NCBI GenBank assembly: GCA_001949185.1
Contig: BDGG01000003.1
Location: forward strand, 5,081,092-5,145,091
DNA from: Ramazzottius varieornatus
Lineage: Eukaryota > Animalia > Tardigrada
DNA: 64,000 nucleotides
Direction of reading: 5' to 3'
In this document: positions 39,312 to 50,836 of the stretch, one piece after another
Numbering within the stretch: position 1 is the first letter of the stretch
Layout: every line of letters begins with the position of its first letter
Made by a program: the position numbers and the translations under genes
The notes under the pieces: generated by a model
What the model saw: only the letters and a program-made list of their open reading frames with translations
Databases searched by the model: none
What the model was told of the DNA's origin: nothing

Positions 39312-40484
39312 TAACGGCTCAGTGGGTGCAGCGTATGTCCACGGCTAACTCATTGGCTTGAGTCGTGACGTCAGGTTGACATTGCCATTCCCCAGCTGTT
39401 TGCCACATTAAAACTTTCCAGCGGCAGGGCTGCTTGCGGTGCAAATTTGGCTCTACAGCTGTATCTACAGCACTACAGCAGCTGCATTTCGCTTATGAAC
39501 CAATAAACTAATCAAAACTTGGCACCGGAAGGGATGCAGTTTCAACACTGTAGGTGCAGCGCAATGCTGCTGCAAACGGGACATTACTGGTAGTCAGATT
39601 GAGTTCGATCCCAATGAACTTGATCGCAATGGATGGTTTAGTCTAGCCGAGCCTTTCCGTATCGCGCACCTTGAAATCACCTCTAATAGGATGTCGGATA
39701 ATTATCAATTACCGCGTCGTAAAAAGAGGAAGTATGCCGTTCTATGATAACCATTAGCATGATTAAAAGGCCGAAATCCGACGCCGGCGTTAAATACCAC
39801 TTCAGGACACATCTCACTACTTAAGACCACAGTGAAACAATATAACCTCCAGTGTATTCATTGCATTGAAGGCTGAAACCGAAAACCGTTGACACAAATT
39901 TGAAAAATTACACTTGTTCTTGGCCGAGCCAAAGACAGCGCCAATCCCCATGTGCTGGTTCAGGAGTGAAGTGAAGCAAGTCGCTAAATCCACCTCGGGA
40001 ATGCTCCAGGGAAGGGGGTGGGCCTTTCAGCTTGTTTCCAGATGTGCCGTCTTGTAGTCTTCCAAGCAGTCCTGCAAAAACAAGCAGGGGTTTGGAATAC
40101 ATCTACCCCATCTGCTGGATGGGGCAGATGTATTCCAAACACTTGGACAGACGTGGCTGAGAAGCAGGAGGTGGCTTTCTGAGAGTGCATGATCCTACGT
40201 GTAGTAGTACTTGTTTAAGCCTAGTGAGCGTGTTCTCTTTATAGCATTTAACAGTATGTTCTACGGTACTCTTCACCGTCGTTACCACTCATTTACGGTC
40301 AGTCGCGTTTTGTGAGTTTGTGGATGGTTTATTGTTCCCTATAAAATTACCCCACACTAATCTGCTATCTAGCTTCCGCAGCATAAAATCTAGTTCGTAC
40401 TTCAGCATGAACAGCTTGAGCCGCGAAGGACAAGGGTCAAACGATGAAAGGTTTGAGAGCGGGAGCTTCACGCTGAGCGCATCT

Positions 40485-40804
40485 CCCTGTTCGGACGAGC
40501 CTCCGACACCATATAACATTTGGGATCAGTCCTTGGTTACTGCACAACAGAGCATTTTTGGTTCCGAAAAGGTTCATGTATGTGACATATACCGTGTTGA
40601 AAATGCATTCCTTCCGGCGGCCTTTCAACATTAATCTTATGAATTAGAATCCGTTATGTGATATTCATGTCGCATAGACACACATGTCACATATATGAGG
40701 CTTTGCTGAACCCAAAATGGACTTGAAATGATCTGTAGCAAACCAGGACTGATCCCAAATGTTATATGGCCAGTATAATGGATTGGAGGCTCTTCCGAAC
40801 AGGG
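40485..40804. mobile_element. MITE with CCC...GGG ends and 3-bp TSD (CACTA/CMC-like)
   Basis: CCCTGTTCGGACGAGCCTCC / GGAGGCTCTTCCGAACAGGG plus inner IR CCATATAACATTTGGGATCAGTCCT; TCT on both flanks. Confidence 0.72.
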
Positions 40805-41929
40805 TCTGAAAGAAAATCCGCTGGCAGACTTCGAAAATCAAACCAACTGCAGGAACCGTTTGTAACGACCGGAACCGACGGTTTGAGTGGTGACGTCAAG
40901 TTAAAAGCTCCAATATTTTTAACGAGGCAGTTTTGGTGATACAAAATTTGCCTACGGAAGGCGGCTGAGTGACTTGAATGTTTGGGGTGAACCGCTGATG
41001 GAGGGGTCCGGAGGAAGCTGCCCGAACAGATGGAAGGTCGATGCACCGAGGCGTCACTTCCGCCTCGGTTTCGCACAAGAACAGTGAGTCGTCTCGATGG
41101 AGATGAATCGATGCTATTAGTCCTCAATCGATTCTCGCGAGGTATGTAACCCCGAACTACCTGGGATTGAAGGAAATAATTAATTCCTGACCGGACAAAA
41201 GAACTGACGGTATCACTAGTTTACAAATGCTACGATCAGTATTACCGAATCACAAGTTCACGGGACGATGACCCAGAGCAACCAAAGATTCAAAAGTGCA
41301 GCTAAGAAGACAATGATGCTGAAGAAAGACTCACACACGCAAACAGATCTGGACTTCGTCCGGTCTTGACATACACATTTGACATGCAAGCACATCGAAG
41401 TCAAGACTAATTAAAACAACATAAACCATATAACCACACATTCAAACCTAACAGTGCCACCCATTTGATACATTCAGATAATCTCATCGGCCCAACCATC
41501 TCCATGTTTGTTTACTAAGATGCTGTAGTGCTGTACATTACCACCACTAAAGCTCGACGCGTCGCCAAAGCTGTCGGATAAAGTCAGGCCGAGCGAAGCG
41601 AGGCCCTTTTAAGTCTGTCACGGAATTCAATGAATGGAACAAACGATGGAGCTTTCTGAAATCGCAAACTGAATACTGTAAAAAGATGCGCCACTTAATG
41701 TGAGTGACGAAGCTATTTATTTGCAAACCTTTCTCAACACGGCACCGCATTCATGCTGGACACACCATCTTCGACATCCGGCCCACATAAAAAATGTTAC
41801 CAGCTCAGAAGATAACACAAGTCACACAACCGTCACAAGTACGGTATACATCAGAAGTTCCGGTATCGGTGGCCAAAGCGCACGCATTAGCGTTATCAGC
41901 ACAAGGTCCTTTGGGTGGCCCGAATCGAG

Positions 41930-42525
41930 GCAGTTCACAGCAATCCCGCAGCCTCAAGCGCCTCTTACGACCAAGCTGAAGGCTTGGATACAGTCGTCTA
42001 TCTCGCTGCGGGATGGCGCGCTATGCTCAACGTTAACCTATGAACCAACAGAGGTTTGTTTAATGGATGATTGGGTACCGTGGTTGCTATAGTATACCCC
42101 GAGAACGGTATACCGCCAGTCCTACTGTACCAATGGCAGTCGTCGTGCAATTCGATGACTACACTGGGCCATCGTTCGGTCCGACGGTCCTCAGAATTGT
42201 CCCGATTGAGCCTTCTAAACGAACGTGGCATGACGCTGCCCGAAAAGCTCTGTCCAGAAATCAGATACCGCTGTCCTTGACTCGTGCAGTAACAGTCCAC
42301 AAGGCCCAAGGGACAATACTGAGAGACGCGGTTCTGGACCTTGGCGAGAATGAGTTTGCCATGGGACTTTCATTTTTAGCTTGTTCTCGCGTGCGCTTTT
42401 TGTAAGATCTGGCGTTCTTAGAGTACTTCGACTTTAACCGTCTCGCTAAACTAGCCAATTCTCCGGTTACCCAAGAGAAAATTGTGGAAGAAGGACGGTC
42501 AGCTGTACTGGGTTATCAAGCTTAA
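41930..42525 (+). pseudogene. PIF1-family helicase C-terminal remnant (Helitron/Helentron-type)
   Basis: AMLNVNL*TNRGLFNG*LGTV, VVQFDDYTGP, RNQIPLSLTRAVTVHKAQGTIL..AVLDLGENEFAMGLSFLACSRVR, with stops and a frameshift. GGCCGAGCGAAGCGAGGCC-type hairpins lie nearby (~41587 and ~42550). Confidence 0.82.
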
Positions 42526-44240
42526 TAAAGATGTGTTACGGCTACCGGTTTCTCGCTCGCGCTCGGCCTTTCCAGTGGTCAGGATTATGTGTAATCGTCC
42601 ATTATTTGCTCCGTTATGGCCCTCCTCTTTTGGCCCCTCATTTCCAATGAGCAACTTTTTTCCAAGTTTGTGGTCACTCAGAGACCTTTTACTGCTGTGA
42701 TCGAGAGTATTTACCGATCTTCGCTAGGTATCGAATGCGGAAATATGGCTTGTCTCCCTAAAGTACGAGAAGCGAGACCCAACTTTGTCCACTGACGATT
42801 TCTCACTAACCTTCCGCTATCAAAATCGCAAAATTATTCGCAAGAATCTTCAAACACTTAGCTTCATTTCTGTCCACTCAAAAGTGAGAATAACTGGAAG
42901 ATCAGGACGGGAGAAATTCCGGAATGGAAGTCGTTCGAGAATTCGTTCGCTGTGAGGGAGCACGCTCTCTGCAGAGGGCACAACAAGCTGGACCATGTAA
43001 ACACATATGCGCCCGACCGAGTAGGAACACGCATTTCCAGACGTGTGCGGAACTACTTCTTGATTCTGAGCCACCAGAAGGAAAGGTATGGCGCAGAGGA
43101 AAGTTAGTCTGGTTTAACCACCCGGTATCTCGTCTTCCGGTGGCGCATGACGTCATCGGAAGTGTAACTGCCAAACCGAAAGCGGTTGTGTGGGTGAATG
43201 CGCCTGTGGAAGGTAGTTATCTCTTCCATCGCTAGCTCTGAAAATCATGAATGAACTTTCGGCTACGTTTTGAGGGTGAAATTAGCGAAATCTGTCCACG
43301 CTTCAGGAAGATATAGCGATGCGAAGCGCAGTGCGCCGCTTGGGAAGATAATTTATCGCAACATCGCTTAATGAGTCATATGTGACTTCCAAAAGAGAAA
43401 CAAGGTGCTCATGCGGTAGATGCACATTGGCTTCTACCTTGATTTCTACAGAAAATCAGAAGGGCTAAAACTTTGTCCACTCTTCATCGGTCGCCTTATG
43501 GCGGTAAACGTGATCAGCTGATTTCAACCTAGCCAGGAAGCCAACATTGCCAGCTGCAGGACTTGATTGGACAAAGTATTCTCGTGGCCAAAGTAGGGCC
43601 TCGCTCCTCGTACCTTGAATGATTTAGAAGTTCATAGTTCTGTTCCGCCTCGTCCCCTCGTTCCAAATTTTTCTTCTGCCAGTCCACCAACTCCCGTCCC
43701 TATTTTATCACTTTATTGTTGTGTCTCCAGCTCCGAGCTACGTCTACTACGGCAGAAACTATTTTGGCTGAGTCATGCACAGCTGAAATGTCGGGGATTT
43801 TGACGTTTGGGTGTCATCGAAGCACGAACGCAACTCGCACCATACATGCCGTCAGCCATATGAAGTTCGTGTCATGATCCGAGGAGGCGCGGTAATGTAC
43901 CACTAACTACTGGACCTGTGGACCCCTGAAGTTTTCCAAGACCTCAACCCAGAGTAACCGTGGTGAACCCCAGGCTTTGAGGGGTTGTTGAGAAAGGTGC
44001 TCCAACACTTGACGGATCATGACACGGACTTACGGCTAGCGGCATCTATGACTCGCACCACCAAAAGAATCAGTTCCGTGCTTGAAGATGAAGAACCTAA
44101 CAGTTTTACCGTGAGTGATTGAACCGCATTGATACCGCAACAAAACGGGCACATTGTGGAAGTTTTATAAGTAAGAAAATGGTACAGTATATTTTGAAGG
44201 AAGCAAACCACCACAGACAATTCTCTGTAGTCTAGAGTTT

Positions 44241-45413
44241 TTAGAAGCGGAAAAGCTTACCACCATCGAGATCACACAGATAAACTAAACAATTGTAAAT
44301 CACTAAGACATCGTCTCGCAAAGATAATGGGATGGTAACCGTTATGAGTCTTTTCAAGAACGGTATATTCTCTAAACCTGAAACGGAAAAACCTATGGAG
44401 ATTTCGGGACTTAATAATCGTACCGGGTAGGTCGTACATAAACACTCAGTAAGAGCGGTAATGAAAACTTACGCGTCGACATGGCCCGGATTTCACTGGC
44501 GGACCTTGCGAGAACACCGTACTCGTTGATGATGGAGCAAGATAGCTCGCTATGGTAGTAGGGCAAGTATCCCAGTGGTTTGAGTTTGCTGTTGAGTTTG
44601 TCCAGATTATACCGGTATGCACAGCGATCAGCAACATCCTCCTCCCTCGATATCAACTGTTCGATATTCCTAACCGCATATCCGTAGAAACGCTGGTTCT
44701 TCGGCACCACAAAATTAAAGACTCTCCGCTCAAACTGAAACAAAATCTCGCCGATGACGGCATAACGATCCAAGCCGTCGAGTTTCAACAAGTCCGTGGC
44801 GGATAAGGCACGAGGCAAAAGTGGCGGACAGAGGTCGTCGTCATCTGGTAGAGAATACGGTGGACATTTCGGCATTATCGGCGGACGCTTCGAAGGATCG
44901 TTCAATCCCTTGTAACACAGATCCGTCAATTGGTCGATCTTTTCTGTGAAAACATCTGCATGAGCACTCCAAATAGCGAAAAAAAACAAGAAAGAATAGA
45001 CCTACACAGGAAATCTAGACAAGATCGTTTTCCTGAGTGGCGCACAATCTCTGCCAAGCACATCTCAAAGGGGCGCAGCTTGGATAAAATCGACAGTTTT
45101 TTCCTAAGTGACGCAGGGTCTTAGCCAAACCACTGGAAAGGAGCGTCGCATGGTTGAGACAGGCGAACTCGACCGGGATGTTTTCTGAGTGTCGCAGGGT
45201 TGTAGCCAATTATACTGAGAATGTGCGCCACTTCAGCAAACAATTTCGTCGGGATCTTTCACCAAACGTCCTACTAGAACAACGGTCAGAAATTTCCCTG
45301 TGGATCCTACCTTCTGGATTTTCTAAACGCCATGCTAGCTGTCGACCACTGGCACCGGCAGAAGCTCCCGATCCGCTATTGTAGTTGATGTTCCCGTCAG
45401 TTCGACAAGACAT
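44241..45413 (-). CDS. Speriolin C-terminal domain protein (SPATC1L-like)
   Basis: Three exons (45413-45310, 44955-44473, ~44377-44241): VIGEILFQFERRVF, RFYGYAVRNI, LGY..YHSELS..IINEYGVL, and terminal YNCLVYLCDLDGGKLFRF*. Confidence 0.8.
45030..45235. repeat. Family A array (3 units) in the speriolin-like intron
   Basis: Three diverged units. Confidence 0.8.
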
Positions 45414-45776
45414 CGATCATTTACACGGTACAGGCAGACGGTAGGTCCACGTCGTTTCTTTTGAGTTTTACGACATCAAAGTCAGAAATATCCTGGCATA
45501 TTTTTAGTATGACTTCCGTAACTGCTTAGCACATTTTTCAGACAAACTGGATGAATCTACTACAAATATTTCAATAATATCCCGATGACCTCTGGGTGCT
45601 TCCAAATATCATGAGGGTTCTCGTCCAGGCAACTGACGAACTAATCTCCTCATATCACAGGACAAAATCGCAGGAGAAAAGTTAACTCAAAGGAAAAAAA
45701 GTGCCATTTTCACGGCAAGCAAAGCTACTGTCACTATAACGATCAGAAAAATAAATTATTCTTCGAAATATAAGCC

Positions 45777-46718
45777 TCATTTGTCAGTTTTTCCAGCTGT
45801 GAACATGTCGAGTCCTCTCTGGAGCAAATTTTGGCTCATTGGTTCCTTGACAAAAACACAGGTTACTCCGATGGCGCTGATGTCTTTTACATTTCTGTGC
45901 TCGTCGTCAAAGAACAGCATATCTTTATAGGGTATTTCGGACTCTTTCTGGATTTTCGCGAAGTGGGTGGTCTTCCTTCCGGCATAGATTTCCTGGTAGG
46001 GGAAATATTTATTCCAATCCAGCAAGCGTAGCATCTCTCTGGCTACCGACGGCGCTTCTGTCCTGCAAACAAGCAAAAATAATTAATCTGTGAATAATTA
46101 TAGTAACTATATTCCTGCATTTTACAGTGGTTTTAATATGAGTATGCGAGACGGGCAAACGAAGGGTACAAGCTCGCTAACCCAAGCGCCGCACGCTTTC
46201 AGTGTTACTGACTAAAGAGGTGCGCCACTTACGCGAACGACCTTGTAAGTGGCGCATGTTTCCCGTGTTATTGGGTGACAGGGTGCGTCAATCAGGAAAA
46301 CGATCTTGTCGAACCATCGATCCATGTGGGCTGCAGTTATATCGAACGCTTCCTCCATATACAACAGTACCTGCTGACGAGGGCCATTTTGTATCCTTGC
46401 TCAAGCAGTCCAGCGAACATTTCGGTCGTACCGGGGAACGGCTCATAAGCATCTCCGTGTTTATCGTGGATCTTACCATCCTTGCCCATCTTCATCGGAG
46501 GATAAGGGTTGGTGTCGACATGGAAAGGCCATAAAGTCCAATCTGCAACAGTACATCAGAGCCATTTGATCCCGAACGGCACGAGCTATCAGCGTCGCGA
46601 AACATATCATGTGCCACGGTCACGGTGGCATAACAGAACGTAAACGCTTACCCAGGTCGAAGCATATCAGTCGTGGTTTCCGGTTGGCACGACGGGCGTC
46701 TTCTCCATTCTCGCTCAT
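45777..46718 (-). CDS. MDP1: Magnesium-dependent phosphatase 1 (HAD IIIC)
   Basis: Spliced PRLICFDLDWTLWPFHVD, VSRT, QEIYAGRKTTHF, MLFFDDEHRN..IGVTC; three exons. Confidence 0.92.
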
Positions 46719-47283
46719 TCTTCTCACTCGCTGAAGGTACGACAATAGAGAACATGAGCCTTTGCGGATCTTGGACGAAAGCATACGGGCATGTAGGTAA
46801 GTCAGTAAACCGAAGTGACCGAATCGTTGGAAGAAAGAACGGGAAACCGAAGTCTGAAGTTGAAAAAAAGGCTGAACCGGAAGTCTCCGTGAAGTGAGAA
46901 GTGATTCAACCGAATCAAGGCTATTCAATCAAGTCGTCAACGCCCGAACATCGCGCAGGACTTGTGACGCCATCGCGAGGGTCTTCGATTGCTTGTGTTT
47001 TTGCGTTCAGTCCTGCGTTCTCCTGCTTTCTTGAGGTGATATTATAGGACTCGCGGGGCGGCACCCTAACGGGTACTGTTGCCGCCGAGGGAGGCTAGAA
47101 AAGAAGAAAACGGGAACTGGGATGATGGCAGCGCGTATCCCGAGTTCTCAACCATTGAATTACTCCCTGTGCCTCAGAATGCAATGCTATACGAGGTAAA
47201 CGGCATAATTCTGGCATGGCAGTTTCCGACCCATAATTCGGGCAAGCCTGCGGTATGGGTGGCAGCACGCCGACAACCCAGAG

Positions 47284-48650
47284 CAGTGTTGTTCCGATAT
47301 GACTTTTGCAGTTCGAATTACAGTTACGGTTAATCGAAATCATTCGCGTAGCCGTAATTTGAATTGCCGATAGTTCGTCGTTACTGAACTGACGATTACG
47401 ATTAATCGAAATCCAGCTTTCGACAGCAATTCAAACTATTTGACTTGGTAGGACGACATTTTATAATTGGATGAATGAAGTCGTGGAAGCTTTCGTCGTC
47501 GACTCCATTGAGCGTCATGGGTGGCGACCGCAGAACATAGCAACTTTCTGGAGTGTACTGTCGTGCCTGCAAACAATGATCAGAAATCAGATTTCGCAAA
47601 CTAGAGTGGCCGGATCAGTCGATCAATCAATTTACCTTGGATGGTTTTATCGTACGGCTTTCTTCATTGAGCCATCTCTTCGAGCGTTACGTATTTAAAA
47701 AGAACGCCCGAAACGAAATCCTTCTCCTTTTCAGCTTTCTGTTTTGCCAAAAGTTCGAGGTATTCCTTGTAGGCTGCTGGATGCTCCTGCAGATGAACTC
47801 TGTTATTTCCTGCAGAGCAGCCGGTAAGTTGTTTCGAGCAGTAGGTTCTTAAACCATACACGTCGAATGGTCGCCTTCCTCGTCATACCTGAAAAAATCC
47901 CAAACTGATGAGTCCTTCTTCCTTCCCCCTGCAGGCTTCTGTAGATTTCGAACTCCAGCGTTCGGAGTTCGAACAGAAATGCTCAGCACACTGGCAGCAC
48001 ATGGTGCCGGTGGAGAAACGAAATTGTCGGAGGACGTGGTCAAGTCCCCGACGGATTCTATGGGAGACCTGCTCGTGGAAGGTTCTTACCCATCTTCTGC
48101 ATGTCGACCTTACGCTTTCCATTGTTCTGATCTTGACTATGACTGAGATGTCAATATGAAAACTTGAAACAACACAGATTAGCGGTGGATTCTGAACTTT
48201 TGGCTTCACTTCCGGCGATGCTTTGCGAATTTGTCTCCTCATCAAATCAAAGATCAATGATACGCAATCGTAAGTGGCAGACTGCGAGAATAAGTCCCGA
48301 CGTGCCAGCCGCTGAATGGGGCATAGTCCGGGGGCAAACTGGCGATGCGGGCTTGACGCTGAACGCTGTAGATTTAACCGGCGCACTTGCACTTGCAATT
48401 TTGCGGTGGTAATGCAAAATTCAGACCAGCCGTAGTGTCTTATTCCGATTACGCTTATTTGAATTAAGCCCTTGTATAATTTGAATTACAAATTAAAAAA
48501 CTCTGATCTTTTTTCATCTGAATTTGGATTCCGATTAATATCGAAATACGTTAGCAAACGGTTCTCGATTTGAATTGTTGTATCGGCATTCTAAGAAAGG
48601 CCAAAATCAGCCACTTTCAATTCTGTATTACGATAATCGGAACAACACTG
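47284..48650 (-). mobile_element. Internally deleted hAT transposon, 1367 bp, with BED zinc-finger remnant
   Basis: Perfect 15-bp TIR CAGTGTTGTTCCGAT and 8-bp TSD ACCCAGAG (47276-47283 and 48651-48658). CGAATTA/CGATTA subterminal repeats. Frameshifted BED finger SSVWDFF...TCMV/CSKQL...VHLQEHP. Confidence 0.92.
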
Positions 48651-49039
48651 ACCCAGAGATAGCATCACGTGCTGTCGACCCTCAGCATATCTTCGGAAGT
48701 TATCATCCACATACCCAAGGGGACTCTGAATCGCAAACTCATCAGAGGAAGCTCCAGCTCCAGACAGCACGATCCTTTTCTTAATTTTTTTAGTTTTTGC
48801 TGAATCATGACTTTGTGTCTGATCAATCAAATTCGTACGAATCAACTGGCAAAAACAGCTAGTTGATTAACAAAGAATTGATTACTCTCAGGACCCTGGC
48901 GGACGGACAATGGTACGACCGACAGGGTATGACGTAACTCGTGCTGCCTGCTGCGCGATCGGCAGCCACGCGGCTGGGTAACTAGGTAGGAAGGTAGATG
49001 ATCGTACAATGGTACAATCGCCGGGGGGGGGGGTAGCTT

Positions 49040-49200
49040 GGTTGATCACTATTGGTTGACCATTGATCTTGGTAGATTGACCACTATTGGCTACCCGTTG
49101 GTCTTGCTGTCTTGACCACTAGCGGTTGGCCATTGGTTTTGCTATGTTTGACCACCAATCCTAGCCATTGGCATTGATAGGTTGACCGCCCAATCGCAGC
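49040..49200. repeat. Degenerate TTGACCA/CCATTGG minisatellite
   Basis: Multiple TTGACCA(C) and ATTGG units. Confidence 0.45.
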
Positions 49201-49866
49201 TGGTTTATTGGACCTTTCTTTCTGTCTATAGGTCAATGGGCGTGGTAACCGGTCCGGGCTTTCTATCACGTCAGATGTGAATGAACCTTGGTTCCCATCC
49301 TTGTAATCACCACGCCGGAATTTCCGAATTGTGATCTCCATGCCGTCTACAGGTTGATTCTAATTCTTTGGATCGTTTTTGAAAATTTACGGAAAGATCA
49401 GCAGCTATCTCCTTGCTACCAGAATTGATCCCCAGGTCGCTCTAGTATCCAACAACGATTCCTGGAAGTTTCATAGAGATCGCGTGTCTCACAAAATGCA
49501 CACAGAAATGTCTGAACTACCCGGAAATCGATCAGTGGTTTAGACACCCCACATTTTCGCAATCGAAATTAGTTTGCTTCTAAACGATTAACGAAAGTCT
49601 TTAAAACAATTCTGTTGATGTTATGTCACTTAAATATCTGTTGGGCTTCGGGAAAAAAAATGTTCTTTTGAAATGTCGCTCCTTGAGTCGGACTTGCGAC
49701 ACTTCGGTTCGGACTGCAGCAAGACAGATTCGTTTTTCTCATGTTTTTCGTTTTTAAGGAAACGGTAAACTTCGAGCTAAATTTTATTTGCAAGTTTGAC
49801 CAACTAGCTGTCCAATAAAAAATGTTCGGGATTGTGATCTCGTTTCATACTTTAACCAAAAAAGTA

Positions 49867-50473
49867 CGAGGTAGAGGACATTATTCGGACACAGCATATT
49901 TCGCGTCAGAATTCGGACACAGTTGCGGTATAGGGTGGCACCACAGTGCGTTCCATCTTACTCACACTGAAGCTGATACCGAACTGCAATTTCGCTCTGC
50001 AGCATCTTCTAATATCGCGGTTTAAGCTTTACATGCCAGCTGAGCTTCCCATGAAGTTACGTTTTGCCCTGATTGACATCAGCAAATCCACATAGCGAAT
50101 GGTCATATCAGAGCGGAAACAAAGGATCAATTATCCTTAGTACCGATGCCTATCAGTTGTAAAACCCAGACCCATGTTAAAACCAAGTTTGTGACGTATA
50201 GCAAATTGTTAATCACGACGACTCAAGCGCCTCTGGTGGCCTCACTCACCTCGATTTTGTAGGCTTTTTAACATTAGGAAGACCCTTCCCTTTTTGAGCC
50301 TCCTTTAACAAGTTCTGACCATCCGATGCTCTTGAGACTACAAAGTGCGATAGATAAAGGGATCATCTATCTTGAAAACCAAACATGGGGTCAATCTATC
50401 CAGTAACTACGCTGAATAACTGTGTCCGAATTGTAACACGAAATTTGGTGTCCGAATAATGTCCTCTATCTCG
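49867..50473. mobile_element. Non-autonomous Tc1/mariner-like element, 607 bp
   Basis: TIR CGAGGTAGAGGACATTATTCGGACAC / GTGTCCGAATAATGTCCTCTATCTCG, inner repeated TTCGGACAC, TA flanks. Confidence 0.82.
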
Positions 50474-50836
50474 TAGTCCTCGTATAAAAAGTCAACCTCA
50501 TATAAATATTTCAGAGATCCATCCCTAGATATTCGCTATCTATACCTCCACGGAATGCCCGAGAAAAGAATAACCACAAAATGTATCTGTCCATGTCTTC
50601 CTCTGAATTACAAGAGAAGATTCGTTACTACCTCTTTTTTACGCTCCCTAAGTTAGGAACCCTAGTCAGCCCCGATAACCGTATTTTGAGCAGTTCGCGA
50701 TCACACCATATTGTTCAAATTCATTGACTGATAGCTTCTATTGAGATGATTACTTAGGTCGTACTCTCGATCAAGCCGCTACTCGTGGCAGAAAATTCCA
50801 TGAGCGAAAAGAAGAATTGACATTGTCTAAACAAAA

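Larger units (their letters stand above)
35791..39432. mobile_element. ~125-bp inverted repeat pair (35791-35915 and 39308-39432) enclosing nested MITEs
   Basis: CAGCCATGGCGCTGGAAAATT...TGACGTCACGACTCAA...TGTTACGT is the diverged reverse complement of 39308-39432. No TSD seen. Confidence 0.6.
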
